Counted from the first letter of the stretch, positions 28,010 to 39,579 are shown. The stretch is DNA of 64,000 nucleotides from Candidatus Multivoradales bacterium (GCA_965248925.1 CBDFLE010000005.1:544001-608000); one strand, 5' to 3'. Notes: generated from the sequence alone by a model not told the origin. Program-made: numbers and translations.

Positions 28010-28624
28010 TTACTGGCCGGCTGAGCCGCTGGCTGAGTCGGCCGCTGGATCGGGTAGGACGTCTTGGATCACCGAGTCGAGCAAGGCGATCAGCTTCTGT
28101 GGCTGGGATAAACCCTGAACTTTCTTCCACAGACTAGTGCGGTCATTGCCAATCATCATTACCGAGGTGTGGGCCGCGGGCTCGTCGACGTATTGCCCCA
28201 ACTTGCGTAATGCCGCCTCGACGTTGGCGACTTCGCCGGAGAGGAAATACCAACCCTCGCGGGAACCGAAGCGCTCGGCGTATTCGGCCAGTCTGGCTTG
28301 GGTGTCGGTAGCCGGGTCGACACTGATCGAGAGCATCAACACCTCCTTTCCCAGGCGCTCACCGAGCCAGTCTTGCACTTTCACTAAATGCCCTGCCATC
28401 ACCGGGCAGGAGCCGGTGCAGGAAGTGAAGAAGGCGTTGATGACGACGATCTTGTCTTGGATCAAGTCGCTGTAGAGGCGCTGGGTCTGGCCGTGCTGAT
28501 CGATCAGCTCGATGTCGGTGAAGTAGCCGTGGGCGGAGCTGTTCTCGGCCAGCAAGCTGGTGCTCGACACGGCCAGCACCAAAGCCAGGAGTGCGCCGCG
28601 ACGGAGCCAGGTGTGAGTGCTCAT
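28010..28624 (-). CDS. SCO1/SenC family copper chaperone
   Basis: Signal peptide; LIDQHG, FFTSCTGSCP (CxxxC), SISVDPATDT, conserved His (AAHT); ATGA overlap with the upstream SCO. Confidence 0.9.
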   Translation of the reverse strand: MSTHTWLRRGALLALVLAVSSTSLLAENSSAHGYFTDIELIDQHGQTQRLYSDLIQDKIVVINAFFTSCTGSCPVMAGHLVKVQDWLGERLGKEVLMLSISVDPATDTQARLAEYAERFGSREGWYFLSGEVANVEAALRKLGQYVDEPAAHTSVMMIGNDRTSLWKKVQGLSQPQKLIALLDSVIQDVLPDPAADSASGSAGQ

Positions 28625-29322
28625 CTGCCGGCCTCCACCGAGGCCAGCTGGGCGCCGGAGCCTTCGGCCATGCGTTCGAGTTCGGCTGCCAGCCTGGCCG
28701 GCGCGGTGATGCCGCTGGTGCGCAGCCATTCACCGGTTTTTGCGTTGCCGATCAGGGCCACCGGCGAATGATCGGTCTTCTCGGGGCTGAAGACGCCGAG
28801 GGCCTTGAGCAGGCGGTTAACCTCCGGCACTGAGCCCGTGACCAGGGTCCAACGGTCGCCGGCGCCGAACTTTTTTCCCCAGGCTTCGAGCCGGGCCGGC
28901 GTGTCGACCGCCGGATCGACTGAAACCGAGATCAAACGGGCCTCGGAACCGCTCTCGTCGAGCAGCCGTTCGAGCTTGCCGAAGGTGGCGCCCATCGGCG
29001 GGCAGATGGTGGTGCAGGTGGTGAAGACGAAGTTCATCGCTACTAGTTGGCCAGCGATCAAGTCGCTGTAGAAATTCACCGCTTCGCCGTGCTGATCTAA
29101 GAGGACGACGTCGGGAATGCGGACCTGGGTGTGTTGCCCTTCGCCGTGGGCTGGGGTCGCTGTTGGTTCCGCGTTCGGCGTTGGTTCGGCAGCCGGCGGC
29201 GTATGGCAAGCGGGGGGAGTTGGGTCAGCGCCGAACAGCGGTCCGGCAAGCGACCCGCAGAGCAGGATCAGGCCCAGCACGGCCAACCGTGCCCGGGTGG
29301 GGAAAAAGGGGGAATGCATCAT
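28621..29322 (-). CDS. SCO1/SenC family copper chaperone
   Basis: LLDQHG, FVFTTCTTICP (CxxxC), SVSVDPAVDTP, DHS. Confidence 0.9.
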   Translation of the reverse strand: MMHSPFFPTRARLAVLGLILLCGSLAGPLFGADPTPPACHTPPAAEPTPNAEPTATPAHGEGQHTQVRIPDVVLLDQHGEAVNFYSDLIAGQLVAMNFVFTTCTTICPPMGATFGKLERLLDESGSEARLISVSVDPAVDTPARLEAWGKKFGAGDRWTLVTGSVPEVNRLLKALGVFSPEKTDHSPVALIGNAKTGEWLRTSGITAPARLAAELERMAEGSGAQLASVEAGR

Positions 29323-29363
29323 ATCGGTTCTCCTCGGTTCTTGATTGCGTTAGCTCAGGGTGA

Positions 29364-31360
29364 CTAGCGGCCGGCTGCTGGAGTGGCACCGTTAGTCTCG
29401 GCCGTGGCAGTAGCTGCGCCGGCATGGACGGCCACGAAGGGGGATTCTTTCTTGGTCAGTCCCAAGCTGGTGCTGTACACCGTCAGGTAGTAGACACCGC
29501 TCTCTGGAGCGGTGATTTCGCTTTCGTAGAGGCCGGCCTCGATCTCTTTGGCGGGCCGCCGAACGTGCCAGGTTCCAGGGGCCTTGACGGCTTGCACCAT
29601 CACGTCTTGGGCGCCGCTAGCCGGCTCGCCGGTGCGGCCATCGATCAGCGAGAAGCGCAGCTTGGAGACCTTTCCGACAGCCAGGGCCGGGGTGTCCAGT
29701 TTCGGTTCGACGCGCACTGGCAATCGCGCCAATTGGCGGTCGCGGATGGCCTGGTTGACACCCACTTCGACCTCGAAACAGTGCACCACCCGAGGTGAAT
29801 CCATAAAGAAGATCAGGTCGTAGGTCCCCGGCCCGCGCAAGCGTGCCTCGGTGACGTAGGTGCCGGGCTGGCGCTCGGCAAGACTGCGGTCGAGCACCAT
29901 GACGGCGCGGGGTTCGCGGCTGTAAGTCTTGAAGCTGCCCATCGGTGCCGCCATGCCTTCCTTGTAGAAGTAGATCATCTGGTCGCCGGGATTGGAGATC
30001 AATACGGCGTTGTTGCCGGGAGCCTGGACGATGCCGGCGGCCAGGCTAGGCAAGTTCATCAAGCCGGGCGCTTCCTGGCCGCCGGGGAAATCGGTCACCG
30101 ACAAAGGTGAATTCGGGTCGGCAAGGTTGGCCAGGGAGATCATCAGAACCGCCTCACTGCCGCGGTGACGGACATAAGCCAGGGTCTCGGAGAAGGTCAC
30201 CTGGTCGGGCGCGGTCTCTACTTCGCCACTCTTGATCAGCCGGTTCGAGGCGGCGTCGATCACATGCAGGTAGTTGGTCTCGGCGTTGGGCACCGCCGCG
30301 GTACGGCCATCGGGGGCGAAGCGCAGAAAGTGGATCCCCGGCTCGACCTCGATTTGGGCCCGGAGCTCGAGGCTGCGGGCGTCGATGGCGGTTACCGTGC
30401 CGGCGAAGCGATTGGCGACGTAGACCGCATCGGCGGCGGTGGAGTAGTCGATCGCCGCCGGGCCCGCACCGGTGGCGATGTCGCGCAGCTTGGTTCGCTG
30501 GCGGATATCGATGACCGAGATGTTGCTTTCCAGCTCGTTGGTGACGAAGGCGTAGCGATTGTCGTGGTCGAAGGCGATCTCGTGGTGGCGACACGGCCAA
30601 CCAACTCACGGCTCGCGACATCGAGCACCGCTACGCCGGATTCTATTGCCTCGCCATCGTCGTCGTCGATCGCGTCGATGCCGATCCACAGGTAGCGGCC
30701 GTCACCCTGCAAGGCCAGGCGGCGCGGGGCGGCACCCAACGCGATCTTCTCCAGCACCCGCCAGTCGGCGGTGCGGATAACCGCTACCGAGCCGGCCTCG
30801 GGCATCGAGACGAAGAGGGTGCGCTGGTCCTCCGACAGCACCCAATCCTGCGCCGGGCTTGGCAGACGAACCATGTCGAGCAGCTTGCTGCCGCCGAAGC
30901 CAAACAAGGGATCGACCACGCTGATCGAGGCGTCTTGGTTCATCACCAGCACGTAATAGACGTTCAAATCGAGTTCGGGTTGGGACATCAAGGAGCCGCT
31001 GAGGAATGACTTGAGCTTGTCCTGGCAGGTTACTTCTTCGCCGTTGCTCTGCTTGTCGATGCGGCGGAGATCCATCCAGGCAGCGGGGTAGGCCCCCGAC
31101 ATCGGCTGGCCGGTGAGAGTGTCGGTGACGCGGAACTGAAAGCTCGCGTCAGTGCCTTCTTGCAGCTGGCCGCCGTCGCTGAAGGGCTTCAGGTCGACTT
31201 CGACGCGAATGCCTTCGCGCTCGTAGAGATCGCTGAAATGGCTGCCGCTGCCAGGATCGGCTGTGGCACCGAGGGAGGTCGCGAAGCAAGTGGCGCCGAG
31301 CAAAACGGTGCCGGCCACGACGTGGCGTAAGGGCGAGATTGGGGTTCGGGTTTGGGTCAT
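29364..31360 (-). CDS. YncE/cytochrome d1-like beta-propeller protein with C-terminal YtkA/FixH-like Ig domain; frameshifted near 30590
   Basis: The N-terminal ORF 30392..31360 (PAAWMD, ISVVDPLFGFGG) switches frame to HHEIAFDHDNRYAFVTN, which is in frame with ORF 29364..30293 (YFYKEGMAAPMG). Confidence 0.78.
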
Positions 31361-31457
31361 GGCTAATACCTCGGGTTCTGTGGGTGCAGGTTGCCCTGGT
31401 GGATGTCGGTCTTGGTGTGAGTTCTTTACGTCGGTTCATCGAAAAATGGGCGGCGCC

Positions 31458-31523
31458 GCCCCGGAGAGCGGCCGGGGCACCGGTGACGCCGGCAGGAGGG
31501 GCGCCGCGATCCTCCTGCCGGCG
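31458..31523 (-). terminator. Twin GC-rich hairpins just downstream of the oxidase gene (terminator or mRNA-stabilising element)
   Basis: 13-bp perfect stem CGCCGGCAGGAGG/CCTCCTGCCGGCG (31487-31523) and GCCCCGG/CCGGGGC (31458-31478); short T-run at about 31442-31446 on the minus strand. Confidence 0.55.
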
Positions 31524-31532
31524 ATTCTCAGG

Positions 31533-34500
31533 TCAGGGAGTGACCCGCAGGATCCCCCAGATCCCACCTTGCAACATCCAAGGCACGTAGTCGCGGTACA
31601 TGTAGTCACCGGTCACGCCTGCCTTACCCCCAGCTCCGTTCTGCAACAAGATGTCGAAGTGGTTAGTGGGCCCGTGGCCGTGGTGTGCTCCCTTGTATTC
31701 CGACAGCTGGTTGTCGCCGATCGTCCTCGAGGCGTTCTCGTAGGGCAGCTCCTGCCAGATGTGGCCATGGATACCGAAGGTGTTCTGCTGCCCGTGCCCC
31801 GCCGGATTGACCATCCGGAAGCGCACCTGGTCGCCGCTCGTGGCCTGGAACGTCGGGGTTACCGGATCACCTCCGACCGCCGAGTTGGAGAACGCGGTGT
31901 CGAAGAAGGTGAACTGGTTGGCGGCCTGCGGCGTGGTCTCAGGGGCGTAGCCCATGCGATGCCACACCGGTTCGGTGCGGTAGTTGACGGCCTTGTGACC
32001 GGACTCAGCGGAGTTGAAAGCCACGCCGATGTTGGGCACCATCGTTCCGTTGTTGTACTGCAGGCTGAGGTCGGTCTGGAAGACCAGCACGAACTCGCGG
32101 AATTCACCGACTCCTGGTGCGCCGACGGTCGCTGAAGCATAGGTCTTCTTCAGAGTCTCGGCGATACCTGTTGGTGAGGTGGTGTCGAGCACCAAATCTC
32201 GGTCCAGGAAGCGTTTTTGGGTTCGATGATCAAGGCACCTACCGCGCCCTTGTTGGAGTGCAGGATCGGGTCCGAAGAGCTCAGACCGGTCGAGCCATAC
32301 TCCACCCCAACCGGCTGGTAGCGACCCTGGCCTGGGCTGTAGGCCACCTCACCGGCATACCATTTGTAGGACACGGTCTGGCCGGGGCTGGCGGTCTGGG
32401 TCGGGTTGAGGCCGACGTTGAGTCCGTCACTGTTGGTGACATCGGCGTAGACCAGCTGCGGGTGTAGGCCGACCTCCTCCGAGGGGTGGATGTCGCTCAT
32501 GCCGAAGCTGCGCAGCTGGCCGGTTAGAGGATCGATCTCGCGAACGATCTTCGGCAGCTTGCTGGCGCCGTTCTTAAAGTGTAGTAACGGGGTCTGCAGA
32601 CGGTTGGTGAGGAAGACCTCGATGCACTCTCCTTCTTGGGCGCGGATGATCAGCGGCTCTTCGTTGATCGTCGGCTTCAGGTTGAAGTTGGCGTCCAGGT
32701 CGCTATCGCGAACGAACATGATCGCCGTCCTGTCTTTGAGCTTGCCGTTGTAACCACTGTTGCGGTTGTAGATCAGCGAGCCGCCGCTCAAGGCGTCCTT
32801 GGCAGCCACCGCCGAGATCTTGAACGTACGGGTCGCGGCGTTGACCGGACAGGCGCCGTCCCAACCCTGGATCACCGTCTCGGCGGTGACGTTGTTACTG
32901 CCCGGCAGATCGAGCAAGCTGCCGGCTTCGGTGCCGTTGCGGTTGTAAACCCGCAGAATGCCCCACAGGCCGTTCCAGAGGTCGTCTACCGAAGAGCCAG
33001 CACGGTAGAGGAAGTCGGCCTGCGGACCGGTGAAACCCTGCGGCAGAATCGGGATCTCGAACTCGAAATGCTCGGAGATACCCATCATCTGCGAGGCCCG
33101 GTAGCCCGAATTTTCGAACGACGGCTCAAAGGGCCAGCGCACGCCGCTGATCGACAGATTGTGTTCCTCCTCGTGTGCACCCACCAGGATCCGGATCTGT
33201 ACCGGGTCACCCTCTTTGACCCGCAGTAGAGGCGTTGCCGGATCTAGCGGCAGGACTCCTGGGGTCAGCTGGGTGGGGTAGTAGGGCATCACGCTGTTGA
33301 GCGCCGGATTGCTGCGGGTGACCTGCGAGGAGAAGGCATATGAGAGGTCGCCAGCCTGGCCCGGAGCCTGCTGTAGGGTGTTGTGCTTCTGTACCCGCAG
33401 GGCGATGGGCTCGTTGCGGTAGTTGACCAACATAGTGCCACTGTCGGCTGCGGAGACCGCTTCCGGACAGGGTGTCGGAACTCCGGCAGGGCATTCCGGC
33501 GGATTGATCGCGTGGTCGTGATCAGGACCGCTATAGCCGAAGCCTTCTTCGTAGGCCTGCTGGAAGTCTCCGAACTCGAGCAAGAACTCGCGGAAAGACT
33601 CCTTGCGGCAAAAATCGTCGGCGTTCGAGGCGATGCCGAGCCCCAGCGGATCGCAGTCGTTGAACTGGGTCTGCTGGATGTTCGCCTGCCAGCTGGTCGG
33701 GCCGCCGTCATAACGGCTACCCATCTGCGTGCCGGTGACTGGATCGAACCACAATGAGCCGCGCCGCTCGACCACCAGGCCGGCGTAGAGGCCGGACTGC
33801 TGATGAGTGGAAGGGCCAAAGTGGTCGTGGGTGAAGACGGTGCGCAAGGTGCGATCCTTGCCGGTCTGGTTGAGCACATCGTCGACGTACCAGCGTTGCG
33901 CACTGACCTGGGCCCCCACCCAATCGTTGTTGGGTCCGGCGCCGAGCACCGGGTGGGTGGTGGGGGTCAAGAGGGTGGTGCCACCGCCGCTGTAGTTGAT
34001 CAGTCCACCGCCCAGGTTGATGGCGGTGATCAGATGGCGAACCTCCTCCGGGCCGAGGTTGCCGTCTTCGTAATTCCAGCCGTTGCCGCTGCCATCCGAG
34101 GAGGTGACATCAAACTTGACCAGATGGATGTGCTGGCCCAACACGTCGGTTGGAGTGCGCACCTGAAAGTCGTCAAGCTCATAGTAGGCCGGCACCAGGT
34201 TGGAATGTTGGAACTCCACACAGTCGCCGGTGTTGGCGCGGAAGAAGAACGGCTCCGGCGGTTTCGTCTGCGACAAGAAGGGACCGATATCGTCCCACAG
34301 TGAGATGAACCGCTGCTGGCCGTAGTGCCAGCCCTCCTTGTTGAAGAAAACATCGGTTTGGATGTTGGCAGCCTGATAGGTCAGGAAGCGGTTCTTGCTC
34401 GGGTCGACAGCGGTACCATTATCGAAGAACAAGGGGTTGCCATTGTCGTCGATGCAGGGATCGGCGTAGGGAGCTCCGGGCTGCGGCGCGGCGCCGTTGT

Positions 34501-36520
34501 AAAGGAACTTCACCGGATTCGAGATTGAATCACAGACCCCGTTGGGCAGGCAGGTCGAGTTCAAGCGCACCGAGTGTGCCGCCATCGCGGTCTGCTCGAG
34601 AGGGGTACCGGCTTCAGGTATCGCCAACGCATTCGCCTTGACCAGATCCTTGCTGAAGTCGTAGGGGGTGTGCGATTCGGTGAACACGCTTTTCACTACG
34701 ACGTGGCGCGGTAGGCCGCCGTCCCACAGGGTGTCCAGCGGCGGCCGCGGCACCCGCTCGCCGGCAACGCCCGGGATGTAGAACGGGTAGCCCGGGTTGC
34801 CGTTACCGGCGACGTTCACTTGGCCGTTGACGATCGAGACGTTAGCGCCGGGCAGTGGAGCCAGCGGCTTGGTCGGGGTCGGCACCAAGGCCGGGATGGG
34901 CGTGCCGGCAGCAATCTCACCGTCCGGATAGGCCCGGGAACCGGTGGCGGGGCGGCCGTTGACGTCGAGCTCGGTGCCGAGCTCGAGCACGTCGTGAACC
35001 CGCCACATCGCCCACATGCCCTGCGCGAAATGGGGGTAGAAGTGGCAGTGGAAGATCGAGTCGCCGACGGTCTTGTTGCGGTTGCCCGAACCGTCGTAGG
35101 CGATCTCATAGGTAAAGCCGGTGCCCTGACCAATCGCCTGGCTATCCAGGTAGGTCGAATTGTCGGCATCCGGGGTGTGCAGCCACTGATGAGCGTGCAA
35201 GTGAAAGATGTGATGATCATCACTGCCGGCCAGCAAGTTACGGAACTTGACATGGTCGCTCATGTAGCTGTGATGAACGTTCGATGGATCGTCCGGGTAG
35301 AACGCCTTGGTGGCTTTCGGACCGGTGATCAGCTGGCCTGACAGGTTGGTCGAGTTGGCCGGAATGTCGACCACCATCGCCGGATCGCCGACCGCCCAGG
35401 CAGAGAGGAAGAACTCCTCGTACTTGCAGCCATCGCATTGGTACATCGGGCCGACCCCCAGCCGATTGGCGAGGATCTCGGCGCCGATGCCGCCGGTGCC
35501 ATAGTTGATGGCGAAAGCGTCGCGGACGCTGTGCAGAGCATGTTCGTAAGCGCCGCCATCGTCGAAGAAGTCGGGAAACGCCTGCTTGGCACCGATCTCA
35601 TCGTGGAAGATGACGGTGAACTCGCGAAAGGGCTCCTGCCGGTCGCGGTACACCTCGACCTCCGGATAACTAGGGCTGATCGCGCCGGCGTTGGGCCCGG
35701 TGATGATCGCATTCAGATCCGAGTGGATAAGCTCATTGCGGTAGCGCATCTTGAGGATCGGCGTGCCGGCGAACGGATGGCCGCTAGGATAGAGCGCGTT
35801 GTAGTTAAAGGTTGGCAGACCATAGATATTGATGCTGCCGAAGTTGGAGGTGACCAGCGTCATGTCCGACTCGGTTATTTGGCTACGGTAGTACTCCGAG
35901 CTCGCCGGCTCGACGTTGACCGCGCCGAACAACCCAGTGGAGATCGAGCCACCCTCACCCTCGCCGGCGACCAGGGCGCCATTGGAATGCAGCAGGTAAG
36001 TGCCTTCCCGCAGGGCAGAAAGTTGGTACGTTGTACTCTGCCCAGGCAGTACCAAGCTGCTGCTGTTGGTGCCGACGTTGGAGCCGTCATCGGAGATGTT
36101 GGACACCAACTCCATGCCGGTGACGTGGATTGACGCAGCTCGCGTGGCCGGTTGTTTGTTGTTGACCTGATTTGGTGCCAGCAGGTTCTCGAACCTGATC
36201 GACAGGCATTCGCCAACATTGACCCGCAACACCAGCGGCCGAGCGCGTTTGTCAGAGCGCAGCGCAACATTGCCGGGAGTCAGCTGGATGCTCCCCGACA
36301 AGGTTGAAACCACGTCGCGGCGGAGGGCAAAGATCTGGCCCTGCGGCTCGTAGGCGCCGAGCCGGTTCCAGAAGAAAGGCTGGTCGAGGGCGACGACATT
36401 AGCCGTCACACAGAGCTGGGCACTGATTTGGGCTTCGGCGGGCACTACCAATAAGAGGAGTCCGGCGCTCGCTGACAGGGTCAGCAGAAGAGCCAGGAGG
36501 CGGATTCTAGAGTTCATCAT
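31533..36520 (-). CDS. mnxG: Giant multi-domain multicopper oxidase, MnxG-like (putative Mn(II) oxidase); frameshifted near 32199
   Basis: Signal peptide; HHIFHLHAHQW, IFHCHFYPHFAQGMW (T1 Cu), GQHIHLVKFD, TVFTHDHFGPSTHQQ, GIHGHIW; ORFs 32150..36580 and 31533..32195 join if ACC-GAG-(G)AT-TTG-GTG is restored. Confidence 0.82.
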
Positions 36521-36773
36521 TAGGGTCCTCGTTTCAACAGAGGTTGGTGAGTCGGGGGACCCGGAAGTCATTCTTGGCATGAGGGATTCCGGGTCCTCCG
36601 GTTCTTCTTCTGACCGCTGGTCTACGAACTGTGAGCTGCCTGTGCTCTAGGCACCGTGCGCTTTTGGATCGATAGAGCGGCAAGTTAGGCGCAGCGTAGA
36701 AGTACAAAAGTTACAGCCAAATGACAACACTAAAAGCAGAGAGTTTCTCTGTTCTGCAATGAGGGTGGAGCTG

Positions 36774-38614
36774 ATGTCAGATCCTCTCCCGTCGGCACCC
36801 ATCGGCCCGTCCGTGCGGCGCTGGTACGGCGTACCTTGGTTACTGCTCGTCCTGGGACTGCTGTCAGTGGCTCTTCTGGTCGGCACACAGCTTTTTCGCG
36901 AGCGACTGATCGACCCTGACGTCAGCCGCGTTGTTGGCCTGCATGAGATCCTCACCCACTTAACGATCGCTCACCTCTGGGTGGAAGAGTTCGTTACCGG
37001 CGATGAGGTGGCGATGGAGCCGGTGTGGCGAAGTCTTGACGATGCCGAAACGGCGATCGCCCAGCTGCTCGGCCACGGTGCGGTAGCTCGCGGCGCCTTG
37101 CCTCCCCTGTCCGAGCCGTCTCTGGTACTCCAGGCGGAGCGCATTCGGGCGTTGGTAGAGCAGTTCGAAGACATGTCGAAGGACCGTCATGAGGGCTACG
37201 AAGTCGGCAAGCCGGTGGGTATCGGCTCGCAGGTAGATGTTGAATACGATCGCGTCTTTGGCGAAGTCGTCCGGGAGACCGAGAGCTTGGAAGTGGCGCT
37301 CAGCGCCCGCATGGCGCGGAGCTACAGCCGATCGCGTCTGCTGTTTCAGCTGATCTTGCTGGCTTGGGTGACGCTGATCGCCCTGGGTTTCGCCGCCTTG
37401 TGGAGTCGTGAGCGGCGCCGCGCGCGGGCCGAGGAAGCCCTGCGGACCAGCCAAGAGCAGTTGCTGCAGGCGCAGAAGATGCATGCCATCGGCCGGCTCG
37501 CTGGTGGCATGGCGCATGACATCAACAACTACCTCGGAGCGATGACCAGCCAATGTGAGGTGGTGCGTCTACAAGTCGGACCAGACCATCCAACATCGGC
37601 CAAGATGGAGGCGGTGATCGCGACCGCCTTCAAGGCTTCGGGCCTGATTCGGCGCCTGCTCGCCTTCAGCCGGCAGCAGCCCACCTTGCCGGAGGTGGTG
37701 GATCTCAACCAAGTTATCGCCGACCTTGATCGGATGATGCAGCGGCTGCTCGGCGAGGACATCGAAATCAGCTTTCGCCTGGCCGCGGATCTGTGGCCGG
37801 TAGAAGTCGATATCTCGCAGCTGGAGCAGGTGATCGTCAACCTGCTGGTCAACGCCCGCGACGCCATGCCCGGGGGGGCACGATCACCATTGGGACCAGC
37901 AACTGCTCGCCAGCGGAGTTCACCCGCCATCAGCCCTCGCGGTCGATCGGCCAGGATGCGGTGCTGATGTCGGTCCGCGACGAAGGCGGTGGCCTGGATC
38001 CGGCGATTCTCGACAAGATTTTCGAGCCTTTTTTCACCACCAAGAGCGTCAGCCACCAAGGCACCGGCCTCGGGCTGTCGACCGCTTACGGCATAGTCGA
38101 GAGCCACGGTGGCCGGATCTGGGCCGAGAACAACCCTGCCGGCGGCGCCAGGATCGCCCTGGTTGTGCCGCGATCGACCAAGAAACTAGCTTCGTTGCCA
38201 CCGGCCGACAAGTTAGCGCGACCGGTTCCCGAGGGGGCGGCCGAGCGCATCTTGCTGATCGAGGACAATCCTGAGCTGCGCCAATCGACCGCGGCGATTC
38301 TCGAAGCTCTGGGCTACCGGGTCGGTATCGCTGAGCATGGTCGCCAGGCGTTGGCGATGTTCGAAGATCATTGGGGCGACGTGGCAATGGTCATCACTGA
38401 TGTAGTGATGCCAGGGATGAGCGGCAAGGAGATCAGTGATCGCTTGCGCGCTCAGCGGCCAGACTTGGGGGTGTTGTTCGTCTCCGGCTACACCGGTGAT
38501 GTGATGTCCCACCATGGCTTCGATAGCGATCAGGAGGCTTTCCTGGAGAAACCTTTTTCTGCGGTGCAGCTGGCCGCCAAGGTGGCCGCGGTACTACGCC
38601 GCCGCGGCGCTTAA
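36774..38614 (+). CDS. Hybrid sensor histidine kinase (TM-periplasmic sensor-TM-HisKA-HATPase-REC); frameshifted at the G7 run 37872-37878
   Basis: AGGMAHDINN (H-box), [11 protein letters not shown]; the next frame gives [27 protein letters not shown] and REC ITDVVMPGMSG. Confidence 0.85.
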
Positions 38615-38667
38615 TGCCGGCGATTGAATAGCTGCCTTCCTCGCGGGCTCTTGGCAGTGGGGTGGCG

Positions 38668-39579
38668 CTAGGCCAGCAGCTGCTGGAGTGCGGTGCTGAG
38701 AGAGGCGGCGCTGAAGGGCTTGGCAAGAAAGATGCAGCCAGGAGTTGGCGGCGACCTCGCGGGATCGCTGGACAACAACAGACAACGCAGCGCAGGCCGG
38801 GACCGGCGCAGCTGTTCGAGGAGCCCGGCGGGGATCTCGGACCGTTCGCAGAGCAGCACCTCGGCGGGGCTTTCTTCGTCATAGATCAGCTGTAGCAAGG
38901 CGTCGCAGTCGGCCACCGCCTGGACGTTGTAGCCCAGCGCTCGCAAGAGGTCGGCGGTGGCACGGCGCAGGGTAGGGTCGCTGGCCAGCAGCGGCAGCAG
39001 GGCGACCGATTGTGCTTTCTCTTCGGCCTTCGCGGCGGGATGGGGTAGGCCCAGGCGCACCGTCTGCCGCAGTAGCTTCGAGACTTCGTCGATCGATTCG
39101 ATAGCCTGCGCCAGGCGCCGCTCGATCTCGGCATTGCCGGCGTGTTTGATCTGAGTGATCTCACACTGGCCACGGGCTGCCCCGAGGGCATTGTTGGCGG
39201 CGAGGGCGAACTGGCGCGCCTGGCGTCGACCGCTGCCGTCTGCAAGTCTGATCAAGGTTCTGGATGCACCGTCCGGACCGCTACCGAGAGGCCAAATACT
39301 GACATCGAGAATCCGGCGTTGGCCGTCGCTGTCGAGCAATTCGAGTTCGACGCCGACCTTGGAGAGCAGAGTGCGCAGCAGCTTGGGGTCGGTCAAGCCT
39401 GCTTTGCCGAGGCCGCAGCTGCTAGCCAGGGAGAGTTCCGCGAGTTTCTCAGCGGCTCGGTTTTGCCACTGCACCTCGCAGTCAGCACCGACCAAGAGTA
39501 CGGCCTCGGGTAGGCTGTCAAGCAGCTTGCTGAGATTGCTGGCGGATGCTTCGTACCCACCTCTTCGCTGGTCGAACAC
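38668..39579 (-). CDS. PAS-pseudo-HisKA-pseudo-receiver protein (pseudokinase)
   Basis: PAS (LLDSLPEAVLLV...NRAAEKL); DHp-like FALAANNALGAARGQCE lacking His; no HATPase; degenerate REC (LLASD, LLCE, FLAKPF). Confidence 0.7.
   Translation of the reverse strand: MFDQRRGGYEASASNLSKLLDSLPEAVLLVGADCEVQWQNRAAEKLAELSLASSCGLGKAGLTDPKLLRTLLSKVGVELELLDSDGQRRILDVSIWPLGSGPDGASRTLIRLADGSGRRQARQFALAANNALGAARGQCEITQIKHAGNAEIERRLAQAIESIDEVSKLLRQTVRLGLPHPAAKAEEKAQSVALLPLLASDPTLRRATADLLRALGYNVQAVADCDALLQLIYDEESPAEVLLCERSEIPAGLLEQLRRSRPALRCLLLSSDPARSPPTPGCIFLAKPFSAASLSTALQQLLA

Noticed and set aside
32150-32210. Programmed ribosomal frameshift in mnxG
   Set aside because: No X XXY YYZ slippery heptamer at the inferred junction; one missing G explains the break
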